A stretch of DNA of 64,000 nt from Patescibacteria group bacterium (GCA_028711655.1 JAQTRU010000001.1:6648-70647), one strand, 5' to 3'; shown: positions 30,370 to 39,554, counted from the first letter of the stretch. A program made the numbers and translations. The notes: generated by a model from the letters alone, not told the origin.

Positions 30370-30690
30370 CTGTATTAGTCCGTGAAAAGAAAAAAGCTTC
30401 CCATCTCTTAAGCATAACTAAATCATGCTCAAGGGACGAAAAGCTTTTGCTTTACGCGGTACCACCCCTTTTCCCGCCAAACTTTTGCGAACAAAACTTA
30501 GGCGGGCACTTTTACTGACTCTGACCCCTCTCGACAAGCTCAGGGCGACATCAGTTAGCCCATGATTACGGAGGCAACCGGGTCTTCACTCTCGCAAAAA
30601 CCACCCTTCCGCCAATTGACGGATAATTCAGGCCCAACCCCCTGCAAAAAAGCAGAGGACCTGAATAGGTTTTATTGTTTTTAAACTACT
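30370..30690 (-). ncRNA. Candidate structured RNA or long structured 5' leader upstream of the zinc-ribbon genes; identity unresolved
   Basis: ~300-nt GC-rich island with no ORF and multiple stems (CCTCTGC-T6-GCAGGGG; GGCGGGAAAAGGGGTGGTACCGCG...). A P4-like GAAGACCCGGTTGCC / GGCAACCGGGTCTTC segment is ambiguous for RNase P. Confidence 0.3.
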
Positions 30691-30743
30691 AAATACAGAA
30701 TAACATAATAAAAAATTCTATCAAATAACTGGGTTTATTTATC

Positions 30744-31331
30744 CTATTTTGCCTCCTCTAATTGATACCACTTAACATGATAATGAATTTTCTCTTCCTG
30801 GCCGTCCGGAATTTTATTTATATTAGGAATTCTAGAATCCGGACTATTTTCTCGATACACTACCTTAAGACTATTACCGATAGTTCCTTCAACTACCAAC
30901 AACATAGATTTCTCTATCCATCTACTAAATTTTTTTTCGTCTTCTTCTAAATCCTGTCTTGCTTTCTTCAGTCCATCTTCACCTAATCCCCCTCCATATT
31001 TTTTCTCAACATCAATTAAAGTTGGCCTTTGCTTTTTTTCTCTATCTTCTCGCGGAAACACTACTAATTTGTCAAGTTCTCCCATGTCTTTAAAAAAACC
31101 AAAAAACCGAACTTCTGTCTCGGGGTCTATTTTTTCAGACGCTGAAGGAATTACCTTTAAACCTCCTTCGGGATCAATCTTAGCCCTATCTACTTTACCG
31201 TCAGATATAATAAACGCGCCCTCCCTCCCGGGTATTTCAAATAAAGCCTCGGAATAATTAGGAATATCCTTTATTTTATATTTTTTGCCAACTTCCAATG
31301 GCGCGGGCATTTGGTTTGGTTGTTCTTTCAT
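30744..31331 (-). CDS. Hypothetical cytoplasmic protein, Lys/Glu-rich
   Basis: 195-aa ORF with no recognisable motif. Confidence 0.4.
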   Translation of the reverse strand: MKEQPNQMPAPLEVGKKYKIKDIPNYSEALFEIPGREGAFIISDGKVDRAKIDPEGGLKVIPSASEKIDPETEVRFFGFFKDMGELDKLVVFPREDREKKQRPTLIDVEKKYGGGLGEDGLKKARQDLEEDEKKFSRWIEKSMLLVVEGTIGNSLKVVYRENSPDSRIPNINKIPDGQEEKIHYHVKWYQLEEAK

Positions 31332-31515
31332 AATTTTTAACTTTCAAGTACACAATAGCATAATAAAAAAAATTTTGTCAATCACGGCTCGCTCACAATC
31401 CCCTTTAGCAGAGCCGTAGTCCCCCAACCCCGCCGCTGGCGGGGTTAACGGGAGACCATGATTGAACCAATCCTTTTAGAGAAGGCCCTGCCAGAGCGAA
31501 AAGAATAAAAATTTA

Positions 31516-32583
31516 TCACCCGCGCACACAACGAACATAGAGGTTGTAGATTTTGCCGGTGTAGTCCACGAGGCCGTAGCCGAAACTCACGCCCCAGGCG
31601 CTGGTGGTATTGTGAACAACGGTAGTAGAAGACCAATAATAAGTGTTGCTGCCGGGGTTGGTATTAGGGAAATAAGTGGTATTGATGGCTGGCAGAGAAT
31701 TCTGATAATTCACGATGCTCATTAGCTCTTTTACATTTGGCAATCTCCAATTATTATAACCACCAAAAATCAAATTTTGGCATTGGCTTAGAGCATTTTC
31801 CCAGTTAACATTATTGACGTATCCGGCGCAGTTGGTTGTTGAAGTATCCGGCTCCGTGCATTTCTTCCACATCAAACCCGTGCAGTTATCAGTTATAGTA
31901 CCGTTGCCATTGTCTGTGAAAGAAGGATTGCAGGTGGAAGGACTGTTGGCAGAGGTATAATCATTATCTTCGCCATAAGTTGCGGTATAGCTTGAAGTCT
32001 GACCGGTATCAGGAAGAGTTTTAATCCCTGTATAAATCCCTGCCAGGCCAAATATGGTAACTCCGCTTTTAATATTGCCGGCGGCTAAGTCAGTATCTAA
32101 GGCGCTCTTGCTAGTTTGGTTAATAAAGCATTTTCCGCCATTGTTATCAGTACAATCGGTCAGGGTATTACTAGCCAAATCAACTAGATTATTCCAGTTA
32201 GCTTCGGTTAAGGTATCACTAGAAGCTGTAGCTCCGGTAGCCTCGGTATCGCAGTTGCTGCCGCATTTATTGTGAATTTCATTAACAAAAGTATTCCAAT
32301 TACTTTGGCTAAGCTGGCCTGAATCATTAGTTTTAGCGTCATTCCAGGCTGCGTAGACATAAGTAGCGCCAATGGCTAGGAATATTCCGAAAATTAGATA
32401 AATCAGCCGGGAAGAAATAAATCCCGCACCTTTCAGCAGAGCATCAAACCTCGCCGAAAGAATTTTGCCTAAATCCTTCATCCCCGCAACAAAGCTACGA
32501 AATATTAAGGAAAGGTGCGGGATAAATTTTAATGTTTTTTTAAAAATGTTTTTCATATTTTTATTGAGATCGTAGTACCCCAA
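31516..32583 (-). CDS. Secreted/anchored Cys-rich protein with C-terminal DUF1566 (Lcl/C-type-lectin-like) domain
   Basis: N-terminal TM anchor, then WRLPNVKELMSI...YWSSTT...AWGVSFGYG...VRCVRG. The last ~45 aa are N/T/Y/S-rich. Confidence 0.6.
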   Translation of the reverse strand: MGYYDLNKNMKNIFKKTLKFIPHLSLIFRSFVAGMKDLGKILSARFDALLKGAGFISSRLIYLIFGIFLAIGATYVYAAWNDAKTNDSGQLSQSNWNTFVNEIHNKCGSNCDTEATGATASSDTLTEANWNNLVDLASNTLTDCTDNNGGKCFINQTSKSALDTDLAAGNIKSGVTIFGLAGIYTGIKTLPDTGQTSSYTATYGEDNDYTSANSPSTCNPSFTDNGNGTITDNCTGLMWKKCTEPDTSTTNCAGYVNNVNWENALSQCQNLIFGGYNNWRLPNVKELMSIVNYQNSLPAINTTYFPNTNPGSNTYYWSSTTVVHNTTSAWGVSFGYGLVDYTGKIYNLYVRCVRG

Positions 32584-32609
32584 TGGGAGACTGCGACTGA
32601 GTTAAATTT

Positions 32610-33458
32610 TTAATAAATATAACACACGCATGTTGCCCATGATTCATAATTATTTCTGTAACAACCAACACGATTATCTCCGCCACCAGTATATACTGTG
32701 AAATCGTTTCCACCAGTATTACATGTGTTGCTACAAACAGTCCCAACAGTGCATGAATAATCTGAAGTACAATCACTGGGATAGCATTTAACTCCTGTAG
32801 ATGCTAAAGTACCAGCAACCCCAAAAATAGTTACTCCACTTTTTATATTTCCAACAGCCAAATCACTATCCATAGCGGAAAAAGTGGAAGTGTTCATATA
32901 GCAATAACCATTATTGCTAGCGGCCGAACAGGCATTGGCATTAACGTATTTAGCCGTATCATCAACATAACAATTAGTTTTGGTGGTCGTAGTTGAATCA
33001 GCGCATTCCGAGCCAAAAGCATAATAGCTGTTGTCAGTCGGAACAAAACATTGGTTTTCTTTAGCTTCATTACATAAATCAGTCGTCAGATAGCGGGCAG
33101 TAGTATCAACATAGCAGTTTGTTTGGGTGGTGGTAGTTGATTCTCCGCATTCCGTAGAATACCACTCTCCGGCCGTAGTCATCCGATTGGTAATATATTC
33201 CAGCCGTTCTACGATAGAGCCATCTTTATTGGTTGCCACCAAGGACGAGTCAAAATCATTATTCGCGTTGTTGGCGCCCAAAATATTCTGGGTAAAATCC
33301 TGGTCCGAATCCGTTGGCCCGGCGCTTGGTTCAACAAAAGCGGCGTAAACATAAACGGTAACAACCGCGGTTAAGGTTAAAATAACCGTAGTAATTATGC
33401 GCCAGCCAATTCTTCCTAGATAGTCATTCAGTTTGGTTTTTAAGATTTGGTTATCCAT
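32610..33458 (-). CDS. Paralogous secreted Cys-rich protein (shares the TM/SAGPTDSDQDF N-module and the DLAxGNIKSGVTIFG motif)
   Basis: MDSDLAVGNIKSGVTIFGVAG vs LDTDLAAGNIKSGVTIFGLAG in the neighbour; more than 25 Cys. Confidence 0.55.
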   Translation of the reverse strand: MDNQILKTKLNDYLGRIGWRIITTVILTLTAVVTVYVYAAFVEPSAGPTDSDQDFTQNILGANNANNDFDSSLVATNKDGSIVERLEYITNRMTTAGEWYSTECGESTTTTQTNCYVDTTARYLTTDLCNEAKENQCFVPTDNSYYAFGSECADSTTTTKTNCYVDDTAKYVNANACSAASNNGYCYMNTSTFSAMDSDLAVGNIKSGVTIFGVAGTLASTGVKCYPSDCTSDYSCTVGTVCSNTCNTGGNDFTVYTGGGDNRVGCYRNNYESWATCVCYIY

Positions 33459-33464
33459 CCAAGT

Positions 33465-33600
33465 TTTAAATTATCAATTATCAATTTTCTAATTTTCAAT
33501 CAATTACCAATTAACAAATTTTCAATTGATAATTTAATTATTGAAAATTCATTAATAATTGAGACTTGAAAATTGAAAATTTTATCTCGTCCTTATCCAT
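33465..33600. repeat. Palindromic array of the tcaatt / gaaaatt words between the paralogs
   Basis: ttatcaattatcaattttctaattttcaatcaattaccaatt ... ttgaaaattcattaataattgagacttgaaaattgaaaatttta. Confidence 0.7.
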
Positions 33601-33617
33601 TTTCGCTTTTTGCTTCT

Positions 33618-33908
33618 TCAACGGCTGTCCAAATAATCAATAACATATTCTAACCTCTCAATAATGCTACCGTCATTATTGACCACCACCAAAGACGAGT
33701 CAAAATCATTATTCGCGTTGTTGGCGCCCAAGATATTTTGGGTAAAATCCTGGTCAGAATCAGCCGGCCCGGCCGAGGGTTCGATAAAAGCGACGTAAAC
33801 ATAAACGGTAACAACCGCGGTTAAGGTTAGAATAATAACCACAATGGCCTTTTTGCCTAATTCTTTTAGATTTAAGAAATTTATTATTTTTTTAACAAAA
33901 TTTTTCAT
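33618..33908 (-). CDS. Truncated duplicate (N-terminal 96 aa) of the 32610-33458 paralog
   Basis: ~190-bp near-identical DNA (33655-33840 vs 33225-33400). Confidence 0.45.
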   Translation of the reverse strand: MKNFVKKIINFLNLKELGKKAIVVIILTLTAVVTVYVYVAFIEPSAGPADSDQDFTQNILGANNANNDFDSSLVVVNNDGSIIERLEYVIDYLDSR

Positions 33909-34018
33909 ATTTAGATTGCCTATAGCAAAAAATAATCAGAAAAACTACTTTGGTTATCTGAACTTATTTTATCATTATTTTAAAATAATCTCAATATTAA
34001 AAACGCGCTCCGCAAACA

Positions 34019-34047
34019 TTGACAATTAGATTAATCTCCCCTATAAT
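34019..34047 (+). promoter_or_regulatory. clpP promoter (sigma-70 consensus)
   Basis: TTGACA-17 nt-TATAAT. Confidence 0.7.
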
Positions 34048-34098
34048 CTAAACATAAAAAATAAATAATTTTTTATTTTTGATTTCTAATTTTTAATT

Positions 34099-34686
34099 TT
34101 GAAAGATATGCCTTTAATTCCAACAGTTATAGAAAAAGACGGACATGTGGAACGGGCTTATGATATCTATTCCCGGCTTTTAAAAGACCGGATTATATTT
34201 TTAGGCGAGCCTATCACCGACCATGTCGCCAATATCATTATCGCCCAATTTCTGTTTTTGGACGCCGAGAATAAGGACCGGGACATAAAATTTTATATCA
34301 ACTCTCCGGGCGGATCAGTCACGGCCGGTATGGCGATCTATGACACCATGCAATATGTCAAATCCGATGTCTCCACAATTTGTGTCGGCATGGCCGCTTC
34401 TATGGGCGCCACCTTGCTCGCTGCCGGAGCCAAAGGAAAAAGGTTCGCTTTGCCCAATTCGGAAATTATGATCCACCAGATTATGGGCGGAGCCGAAGGC
34501 CAAGCTGTTGACATAAAAATCAGGGCCGAACATATCCTGAAGATAAAAGACAAAATGAATAAAATCCTGGCTTTCCATACCGGGCAAAAAATCTCCGCAA
34601 TTGAAAAAGACACTGACCGCGACCGCTTTATGGATGTGGAAGAAGCGAAAAAGTACGGCATCATTGATAAAATAATTACGAGGTAA
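34099..34686 (+). CDS. clpP: ATP-dependent Clp protease proteolytic subunit
   Basis: [20 protein letters not shown] (Ser) ... MIHQ (His). Confidence 0.9.
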   Translation: MKDMPLIPTVIEKDGHVERAYDIYSRLLKDRIIFLGEPITDHVANIIIAQFLFLDAENKDRDIKFYINSPGGSVTAGMAIYDTMQYVKSDVSTICVGMAASMGATLLAAGAKGKRFALPNSEIMIHQIMGGAEGQAVDIKIRAEHILKIKDKMNKILAFHTGQKISAIEKDTDRDRFMDVEEAKKYGIIDKIITR

Positions 34687-34703
34687 TTTTCATTTTCTTG
34701 TTG

Positions 34704-34742
34704 GGAGCTCAACTCCGGGGCCTCGGAGTTGAGCTCTTTTTA
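34704..34742 (+). terminator. clpP terminator
   Basis: ggagctcaactccggggcctcggagttgagctcttttt. Confidence 0.7.
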
Positions 34743-34837
34743 GTTTATTGCCAGATGCCGTTTTCTTGTTTCACCGCTTCAAGCATGATATAATATGATT
34801 ATCGGCCAATAATGGCTGAAAAAACAAGGAGGTTAAT

Positions 34838-34930
34838 GTGAGACCCAAAATCGGCGTAGTCTTTCTTCCTGAAGCGCAAGGCAAAGCCAACGAGAGTCTG
34901 TCGCAGAATTTCCCGAATCCGTTCAACTGA
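34838..34930 (+). CDS. Candidate 30-codon small ORF with strong SD, own -10 element and terminator
   Basis: -10 TATAAT at ~34781; SD AAGGAGG; GTG start; VRPKIGVVFLPEAQGKANESLSQNFPNPFN; terminator 34947-34987 (gggtagacttgctaaacgcgagtctaccc+T7). Confidence 0.3.
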   Translation: MRPKIGVVFLPEAQGKANESLSQNFPNPFN

Positions 34931-35005
34931 TGGCTGTTCCGGTGCAACAAGGGGTAGACTTGCTAAACGCGAGTCTACCCTCTTTTTTTATTTTATTGAA
35001 TAAGT

Positions 35006-35040
35006 TTAGGGACTTAGTCGCCACAGAGGCGACTAAGTCC
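35006..35040. repeat. REP-like palindrome R2, second copy at 55389-55423
   Basis: AGGGACTTAGTCGCCacagaGGCGACTAAGTCCCT. Confidence 0.8.
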
Positions 35041-35365
35041 CTATATTTCAGAATGTGATGATTCTTTTTCCCCATTCAATCTTGATTTTCCAAGCTCTTT
35101 ACAAACCTTAAATCTTATGCTAAGATAATTTTACAAACTTAAATTAAATTAATAACGAATAGTGTTGTTAGGAAAAGGAATAATTTTTTAAAGATTTTTC
35201 CAATATCATCGGACAAACCCAATAAATTTGTGAAAATAACTAATTACTCTAGAATATTCTCTGGAACAAAAATCAAAAAATCGTTTGTCGGCCTTAATAA
35301 TTTAGGGCTTATTGTATTGCGAAAAAACAATTAAATTCAACCTCCTGACAACAGAAATAAATTCT

Positions 35366-36880
35366 ATGGAATATGCGATCTACCTTATTCTGGCTGTGGG
35401 CGGTTTTTTTATTGGCTACTGGTTAAGAAAAAGAAAAGCTTTAAGCGAAATTAACAGCGCCGAGGCTCGCGCCGAAAAAATTCTAAACGACACCAAGGTT
35501 AAACAAAAAGAGTTGCTGCTCGTTGCCCAGGATAAAGCTTTGAAAATCATTGAGGAAGCAAAAAAAGAGGAGGGACAAAGGCGAAAAGAAATAAATAACC
35601 TGCAAACCAGACTGGAAAAAAGGGAAACCGCTTTTTCCCAAAAATTATTGGAATTGCAGGAAAAGCAACAGCAGCTTTTTGACAAAGTCAACAGAGTGGA
35701 GGAAGTAAAGGAAAAAATAAAACAAATCAAAGAGGAGCAGATGGTAAAACTGGAAAAAATCGCCAAGATGACAAAAGACGAGGCCAAAGAAGTTTTGTTA
35801 AAAAATGTCGAAGAAAAAGTAAAAGAGGATCTGCTTGTCCGCATTAATAAGTTGGAAAAAGAAGCTACGGAGACTATAGATGAAAAAGCCAAAGACCTGA
35901 TGACCGGGGCTATGCAACGCCTGGTTTCTTCCTACACTCCGGAAATAACAACGACCACGGTTGATTTGCCAAACGATGAAATGAAGGGCCGGATTATCGG
36001 CCGGGAAGGCCGCAACATTAAAGCGATTGAACAAATAACCGGCGTGGAAATTATCGTGGATGACACGCCGAACGCCATTACCATCTCCGGCTTCTCACCC
36101 ATAAGGCGACACATTGCCAAAAGGGCTTTGGATTATTTAATTAAAGACGGACGGATCCATCCGACCAAAATTGAAGAAGCGATTGAAGAAGCGAAAAAAG
36201 AACTGGCTTTGGATATTAAAAAAGCCGGGGAAGAAGCCATGTATGAAATCGGTGTGGCCGGCCTTGACCCGAAATTAGTCCAGATTATCGGCCGCTTGAA
36301 ATACCGCTCCAGCTACGGGCAAAACGCCCTTGGCCATTCCATAGAAGTGGCCCATCTTTCCGCTCTTTTAGCCGAGGAATTAAAAGCCGATGTGACCTTA
36401 GCTAAAAAAGCCGGTTTGCTTCATGATATTGGAAAAGCCGTTGACCATGAAGTGCAAGGGACTCATCCGGAAATCGGCCGCGATATCGCCAAAAAATTCA
36501 ATTTGCCCCAAGAAGTTATTGATCCGATTGAAACTCATCACGACGACCATCCGCGCGGCCTGACTGCCGTAATCGTTAAAGTGGCAGACGCGATTTCCGC
36601 GGCCCGTCCAGGAGCCCGTTATGACACTTATGAACGTTATATCCAGCGCCTGGAAGAACTGGAAAAAATCGCCACTTCTTTCCCGGGAGTGGAAAAATCT
36701 TACGCGATTCAGGCCGGACGCGAAGTAAGGGTTTTTGTCATGCCAGAAGAAATTGACGATTTGAAATCTCATGATTTGGCCCGCGACATAGCGAAAAAAA
36801 TAGAAGAAGAGTTGAAATATCCGGGAGAAATAAAAGTTAATGTTATCAGGGAAATGCGGGTAACGGAATATGCGCGCTAA
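35366..36880 (+). CDS. rny: Ribonuclease Y (TM anchor, KH, HD)
   Basis: MEYAIYLILAVGGFFIGYWL, KH GRIIGREGRNI, HD LLHDIGKA. The ORF track starts 18 codons earlier. Confidence 0.9.
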   Translation: MEYAIYLILAVGGFFIGYWLRKRKALSEINSAEARAEKILNDTKVKQKELLLVAQDKALKIIEEAKKEEGQRRKEINNLQTRLEKRETAFSQKLLELQEKQQQLFDKVNRVEEVKEKIKQIKEEQMVKLEKIAKMTKDEAKEVLLKNVEEKVKEDLLVRINKLEKEATETIDEKAKDLMTGAMQRLVSSYTPEITTTTVDLPNDEMKGRIIGREGRNIKAIEQITGVEIIVDDTPNAITISGFSPIRRHIAKRALDYLIKDGRIHPTKIEEAIEEAKKELALDIKKAGEEAMYEIGVAGLDPKLVQIIGRLKYRSSYGQNALGHSIEVAHLSALLAEELKADVTLAKKAGLLHDIGKAVDHEVQGTHPEIGRDIAKKFNLPQEVIDPIETHHDDHPRGLTAVIVKVADAISAARPGARYDTYERYIQRLEELEKIATSFPGVEKSYAIQAGREVRVFVMPEEIDDLKSHDLARDIAKKIEEELKYPGEIKVNVIREMRVTEYAR

Positions 36881-36884
36881 CGCG

Positions 36885-36962
36885 CTAGTAGAAAGTTATA
36901 AAGTTGAAAGTTATAAAGTCTTACTTTCAACTTTATAAACTTTATAACTTTATGAACTTATT
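36885..36962. repeat. aagttataaagtt palindromic element between rny and ymdB
   Basis: gaaagttataaagttgaaagttataaagtcttactttcaactttataaactttataactttatg overlapping the ymdB start. Confidence 0.75.
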
Positions 36963-37743
36963 ATTTCTCGGCGACATTAACGGCAAAATCGGCCGGCAAG
37001 CCGTGGCTAAAATTTTACCCAAACTAAAAAAGTCTAAAAAAATAGACCTCGTTTTTGCCAATGCGGAAAATATCGCCCACGGCACCGGCGTAACCGAAGA
37101 TACCTTGAAAGAATTAAAAGAGGCCGGCGTGGATTATTTTACCGCCGGCGACCACGCTTTTGATAAAATAAAACAGATTGATTGCTATGAAAAATTTCCG
37201 ATTATCCGGCCGGCCAATTTTCCGAACGGAGCGCCGGGGCAGGGTTATGCGGTTTTGGAAAAAGGAAAATATAAAATATTGCTAATTAATCTTATTGGCC
37301 GGGTATTTATGGCCCAAGATTACGACTGCCCTTTTAGGGAAGTGGATAAAATTCTGGCTAAGTTTGCAAAAAAAAGCGTATCTGCTATAATTATTGATAT
37401 ACATGCCGAAGCGACTTCGGAAAAAATTGCCTTAAAACATTATTTGAACGGACGAGCCAGCGCCATTGTCGGAACTCATACGCATGTTATGACTGCGGAC
37501 GCGGAAGTTTCCAAGGAAGGAACAGCTTATATAACGGACATCGGCATGGTTGGTTTTGCTGACGGCTGCATCGGGGTCGATAAAGAAGGTATTATAAAAA
37601 CTTTCTTAACCCAGATGAAACAACCGCACTTCATACCGGAAAACGGACGGACAATCTTTAATGCCGTTTTAGCCGAAATTAATCCTAAAAATGGAAAAAC
37701 CAAAAGCATAAAACCGATAATTAAAACTACTAATATAGAATAA
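36952..37743 (+). CDS. ymdB: YmdB-like 2',3'-cyclic-nucleotide phosphodiesterase (calcineurin-like metallophosphoesterase)
   Basis: MNLLFLGDINGKIGR; conserved rny-ymdB synteny. Confidence 0.75.
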   Translation: MNLLFLGDINGKIGRQAVAKILPKLKKSKKIDLVFANAENIAHGTGVTEDTLKELKEAGVDYFTAGDHAFDKIKQIDCYEKFPIIRPANFPNGAPGQGYAVLEKGKYKILLINLIGRVFMAQDYDCPFREVDKILAKFAKKSVSAIIIDIHAEATSEKIALKHYLNGRASAIVGTHTHVMTADAEVSKEGTAYITDIGMVGFADGCIGVDKEGIIKTFLTQMKQPHFIPENGRTIFNAVLAEINPKNGKTKSIKPIIKTTNIE

Positions 37744-37845
37744 CCCTACGAATTACGAATATATACGAATGTACGAATTCCCCAATAAACGCCTTAATTT
37801 AATATTCGTATATTCGTAACGAATTCGTAATTCGTAGAATAAAAA
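37744..37845. repeat. attcgta palindromic element upstream of hup
   Basis: cctacgaattacgaatatatacgaatgtacgaattcc ... tattcgtatattcgtaacgaattcgtaattcgtag. Confidence 0.75.
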
Positions 37846-37846
37846 T

Positions 37847-38131
37847 ATGAATAAGGCAGGATTAATTGAAAAAATAGCCGAAGCCGCGGCCGTAACGAAA
37901 AAACAGGCTGAGGACATGATTGAAACTTTGGTAAAAACCATTGTCTCCGAATTAAAATCCGGGGGCGAGGTGACCATTGCCGGTTTTGGCACGTTTCTGG
38001 CCAGAACCCGCCACGCCCGGGGCGGTGTTAATCCGCAGAAACCGACGGAAAGAATTAAAATCCCTGAAGTAAAAGTGGCAAAATTCAAAACCGGAAAAAA
38101 TTTAAAGGACGCTTTAAAAGGCAAAATATAA
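37847..38131 (+). CDS. hup: HU-family DNA-binding protein
   Basis: MNKAGLIEKIAE ... GFGTFLARTRHARGGVNPQ. Confidence 0.9.
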   Translation: MNKAGLIEKIAEAAAVTKKQAEDMIETLVKTIVSELKSGGEVTIAGFGTFLARTRHARGGVNPQKPTERIKIPEVKVAKFKTGKNLKDALKGKI

Positions 38132-38154
38132 TTTTTTACAGGTTAAAATAAAAA

Positions 38155-38188
38155 AACAACCCGTTTGTTTTAAGGGGTTGTTTTTTAT
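38155..38188 (+). terminator. hup terminator
   Basis: aacaacccgtttgttttaaggggttgtttttt. Confidence 0.7.
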
Positions 38189-38245
38189 TGAAAAAAATAG
38201 GGTTATGCCGCTCTAGACATAACCCTCGAAGATAAATCAAAACTA

Positions 38246-39190
38246 TTAAAGATACAGCTGACGAAAATCTCTTATGATTTGTCTGGCGGTTTCCGAATTC
38301 TTTGGATCAAAAGGAATTTCCAGACAAATTATTTCCATTGTCCGGAGAGCTTCCTTAACCGCCGGAGAAAAATTGGCAAGGTGATCATGGGTGTCAATCA
38401 ATATTCCCTCGGGGGGTATGCCGGAGAAATGGCAAACCGGACTATGCGGCAAGGCAAGATAATCAGCAACGGCCTGATTAATATCTTTCCATTTCTCGGG
38501 GATTGCCATAAAACCCTTTTTTGCTTGGTTAACCATTACAGCCAAATGGGTAAAGTCAATCAGGCATTTCCAGCCCAACCCCAAAGATCCAAATAAATGT
38601 TCCATATCTTCCGGAGTGCCGCCAAACCCCCAGTAGCTGCTCCGGCTCCATGGGCTTGTGTCCTCATCTGGTGGATAAAAAGATTTACCAACGATCGGAG
38701 GAACGTTTTCCAGTAAAATATTATTCCCGGAAAACGCGGCCAGAGAGGAAACAACCCTTGAAAAAGATATATAATCCGCCTTGCTTTCCCCATAGCCAGG
38801 ATGAACTACTATCCCTCTTGCATTATATCCGAGTTCTTGAGTTTCTTTAGCTATCCTTAGCGACCAGCGCAAGGTCTCAAAATTCCAGTTCTCCCAAGTA
38901 TAAAAAGAAGAATGACGACCAAATACGCCGAGCTCATCAAAATTTTCACCGAAGTCAACGCCAATATTTTCCGCCCCGCAATGGATAACCACTTCTTTGC
39001 CCGGCAACCTTGATAAAATTTTCCTTAACCAAGATTTATCATCCGCCAGGCCGGGCGTAAAACAAGGGTGCGCCACTCGCAACTGGATACCCTGGATAAA
39101 ACCGGCTCTAAAAAGCCCTTGCTGGAGAGTAAAATATTCGTCTCCGGAAACAAGATTTTCCCAAAAAAGACCGCCAAAAATTTGAGGCAT
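38246..39190 (-). CDS. Hypothetical protein (possible TIM-barrel/sugar-phosphate isomerase-like), higher GC than neighbours
   Basis: 314-aa ORF with HCGAEN, VHPGYGE and THDHL motifs. Confidence 0.4.
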   Translation of the reverse strand: MPQIFGGLFWENLVSGDEYFTLQQGLFRAGFIQGIQLRVAHPCFTPGLADDKSWLRKILSRLPGKEVVIHCGAENIGVDFGENFDELGVFGRHSSFYTWENWNFETLRWSLRIAKETQELGYNARGIVVHPGYGESKADYISFSRVVSSLAAFSGNNILLENVPPIVGKSFYPPDEDTSPWSRSSYWGFGGTPEDMEHLFGSLGLGWKCLIDFTHLAVMVNQAKKGFMAIPEKWKDINQAVADYLALPHSPVCHFSGIPPEGILIDTHDHLANFSPAVKEALRTMEIICLEIPFDPKNSETARQIIRDFRQLYL

Positions 39191-39420
39191 GCCAGACCCA
39201 CCTTTCTGATTTTGTCTTTATTTGTTGATATTTTTAAAGGACCATTAAAATTATATCACTCTATCATATTTTCACTATTCAGTCAATCTAAAAATAATTC
39301 CAAAGGATAGGGGGGTTGTTTTTTATTGAAAAATATGCTAATATAATCTTGAACTCCCCTGGGAGTTCTTTAAATTAGCGCTCGTAGCTTCCGCCTTCGT
39401 CCTTCGATAAACTCAGGACT

Positions 39421-39450
39421 GCGGCGGGTAAGCGACTGGATAGAGCGCGT
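39421..39450 (+). other. tRNA-like 5' fragment (acceptor/D-arm-like), pseudo-tRNA
   Basis: gcggcgggtaagcgactggatagagcgcgtg shares ggatagagcgc with the tRNA-Arg D-arm. Confidence 0.3.
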
Positions 39451-39465
39451 GTTTTCCCTGCCTGC

Positions 39466-39487
39466 CGGCAGGCAGGGGACCAATTAT
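39466..39487. repeat. REP-like palindrome R1 copy
   Basis: cCCTGCCTGCCGGCAGGCAGGg. Confidence 0.85.
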
Positions 39488-39554
39488 TTTTTTGCCGTTT
39501 TGCTCCTGTGGTGAAATGGATATCACGCTTGGCGGAGTTTATCCCGCTTAAAGC

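Noticed and set aside
30370-30690. Assigning the GC-rich island as RNase P RNA, tmRNA or SRP RNA
   Set aside because: Only a short P4-like segment with ambiguous strand; no CR-II/III, no tag-peptide ORF or CCA-ended T-arm, and no SRP domain IV motif could be found by eye. Left as an unclassified candidate ncRNA.
31516-31660. Complete diversity-generating retroelement
   Set aside because: Only the target-like C-terminal region is present; no template repeat copy and no reverse-transcriptase or Avd ORF anywhere in the 64 kb. Kept only as a low-confidence hypothesis in the findings.
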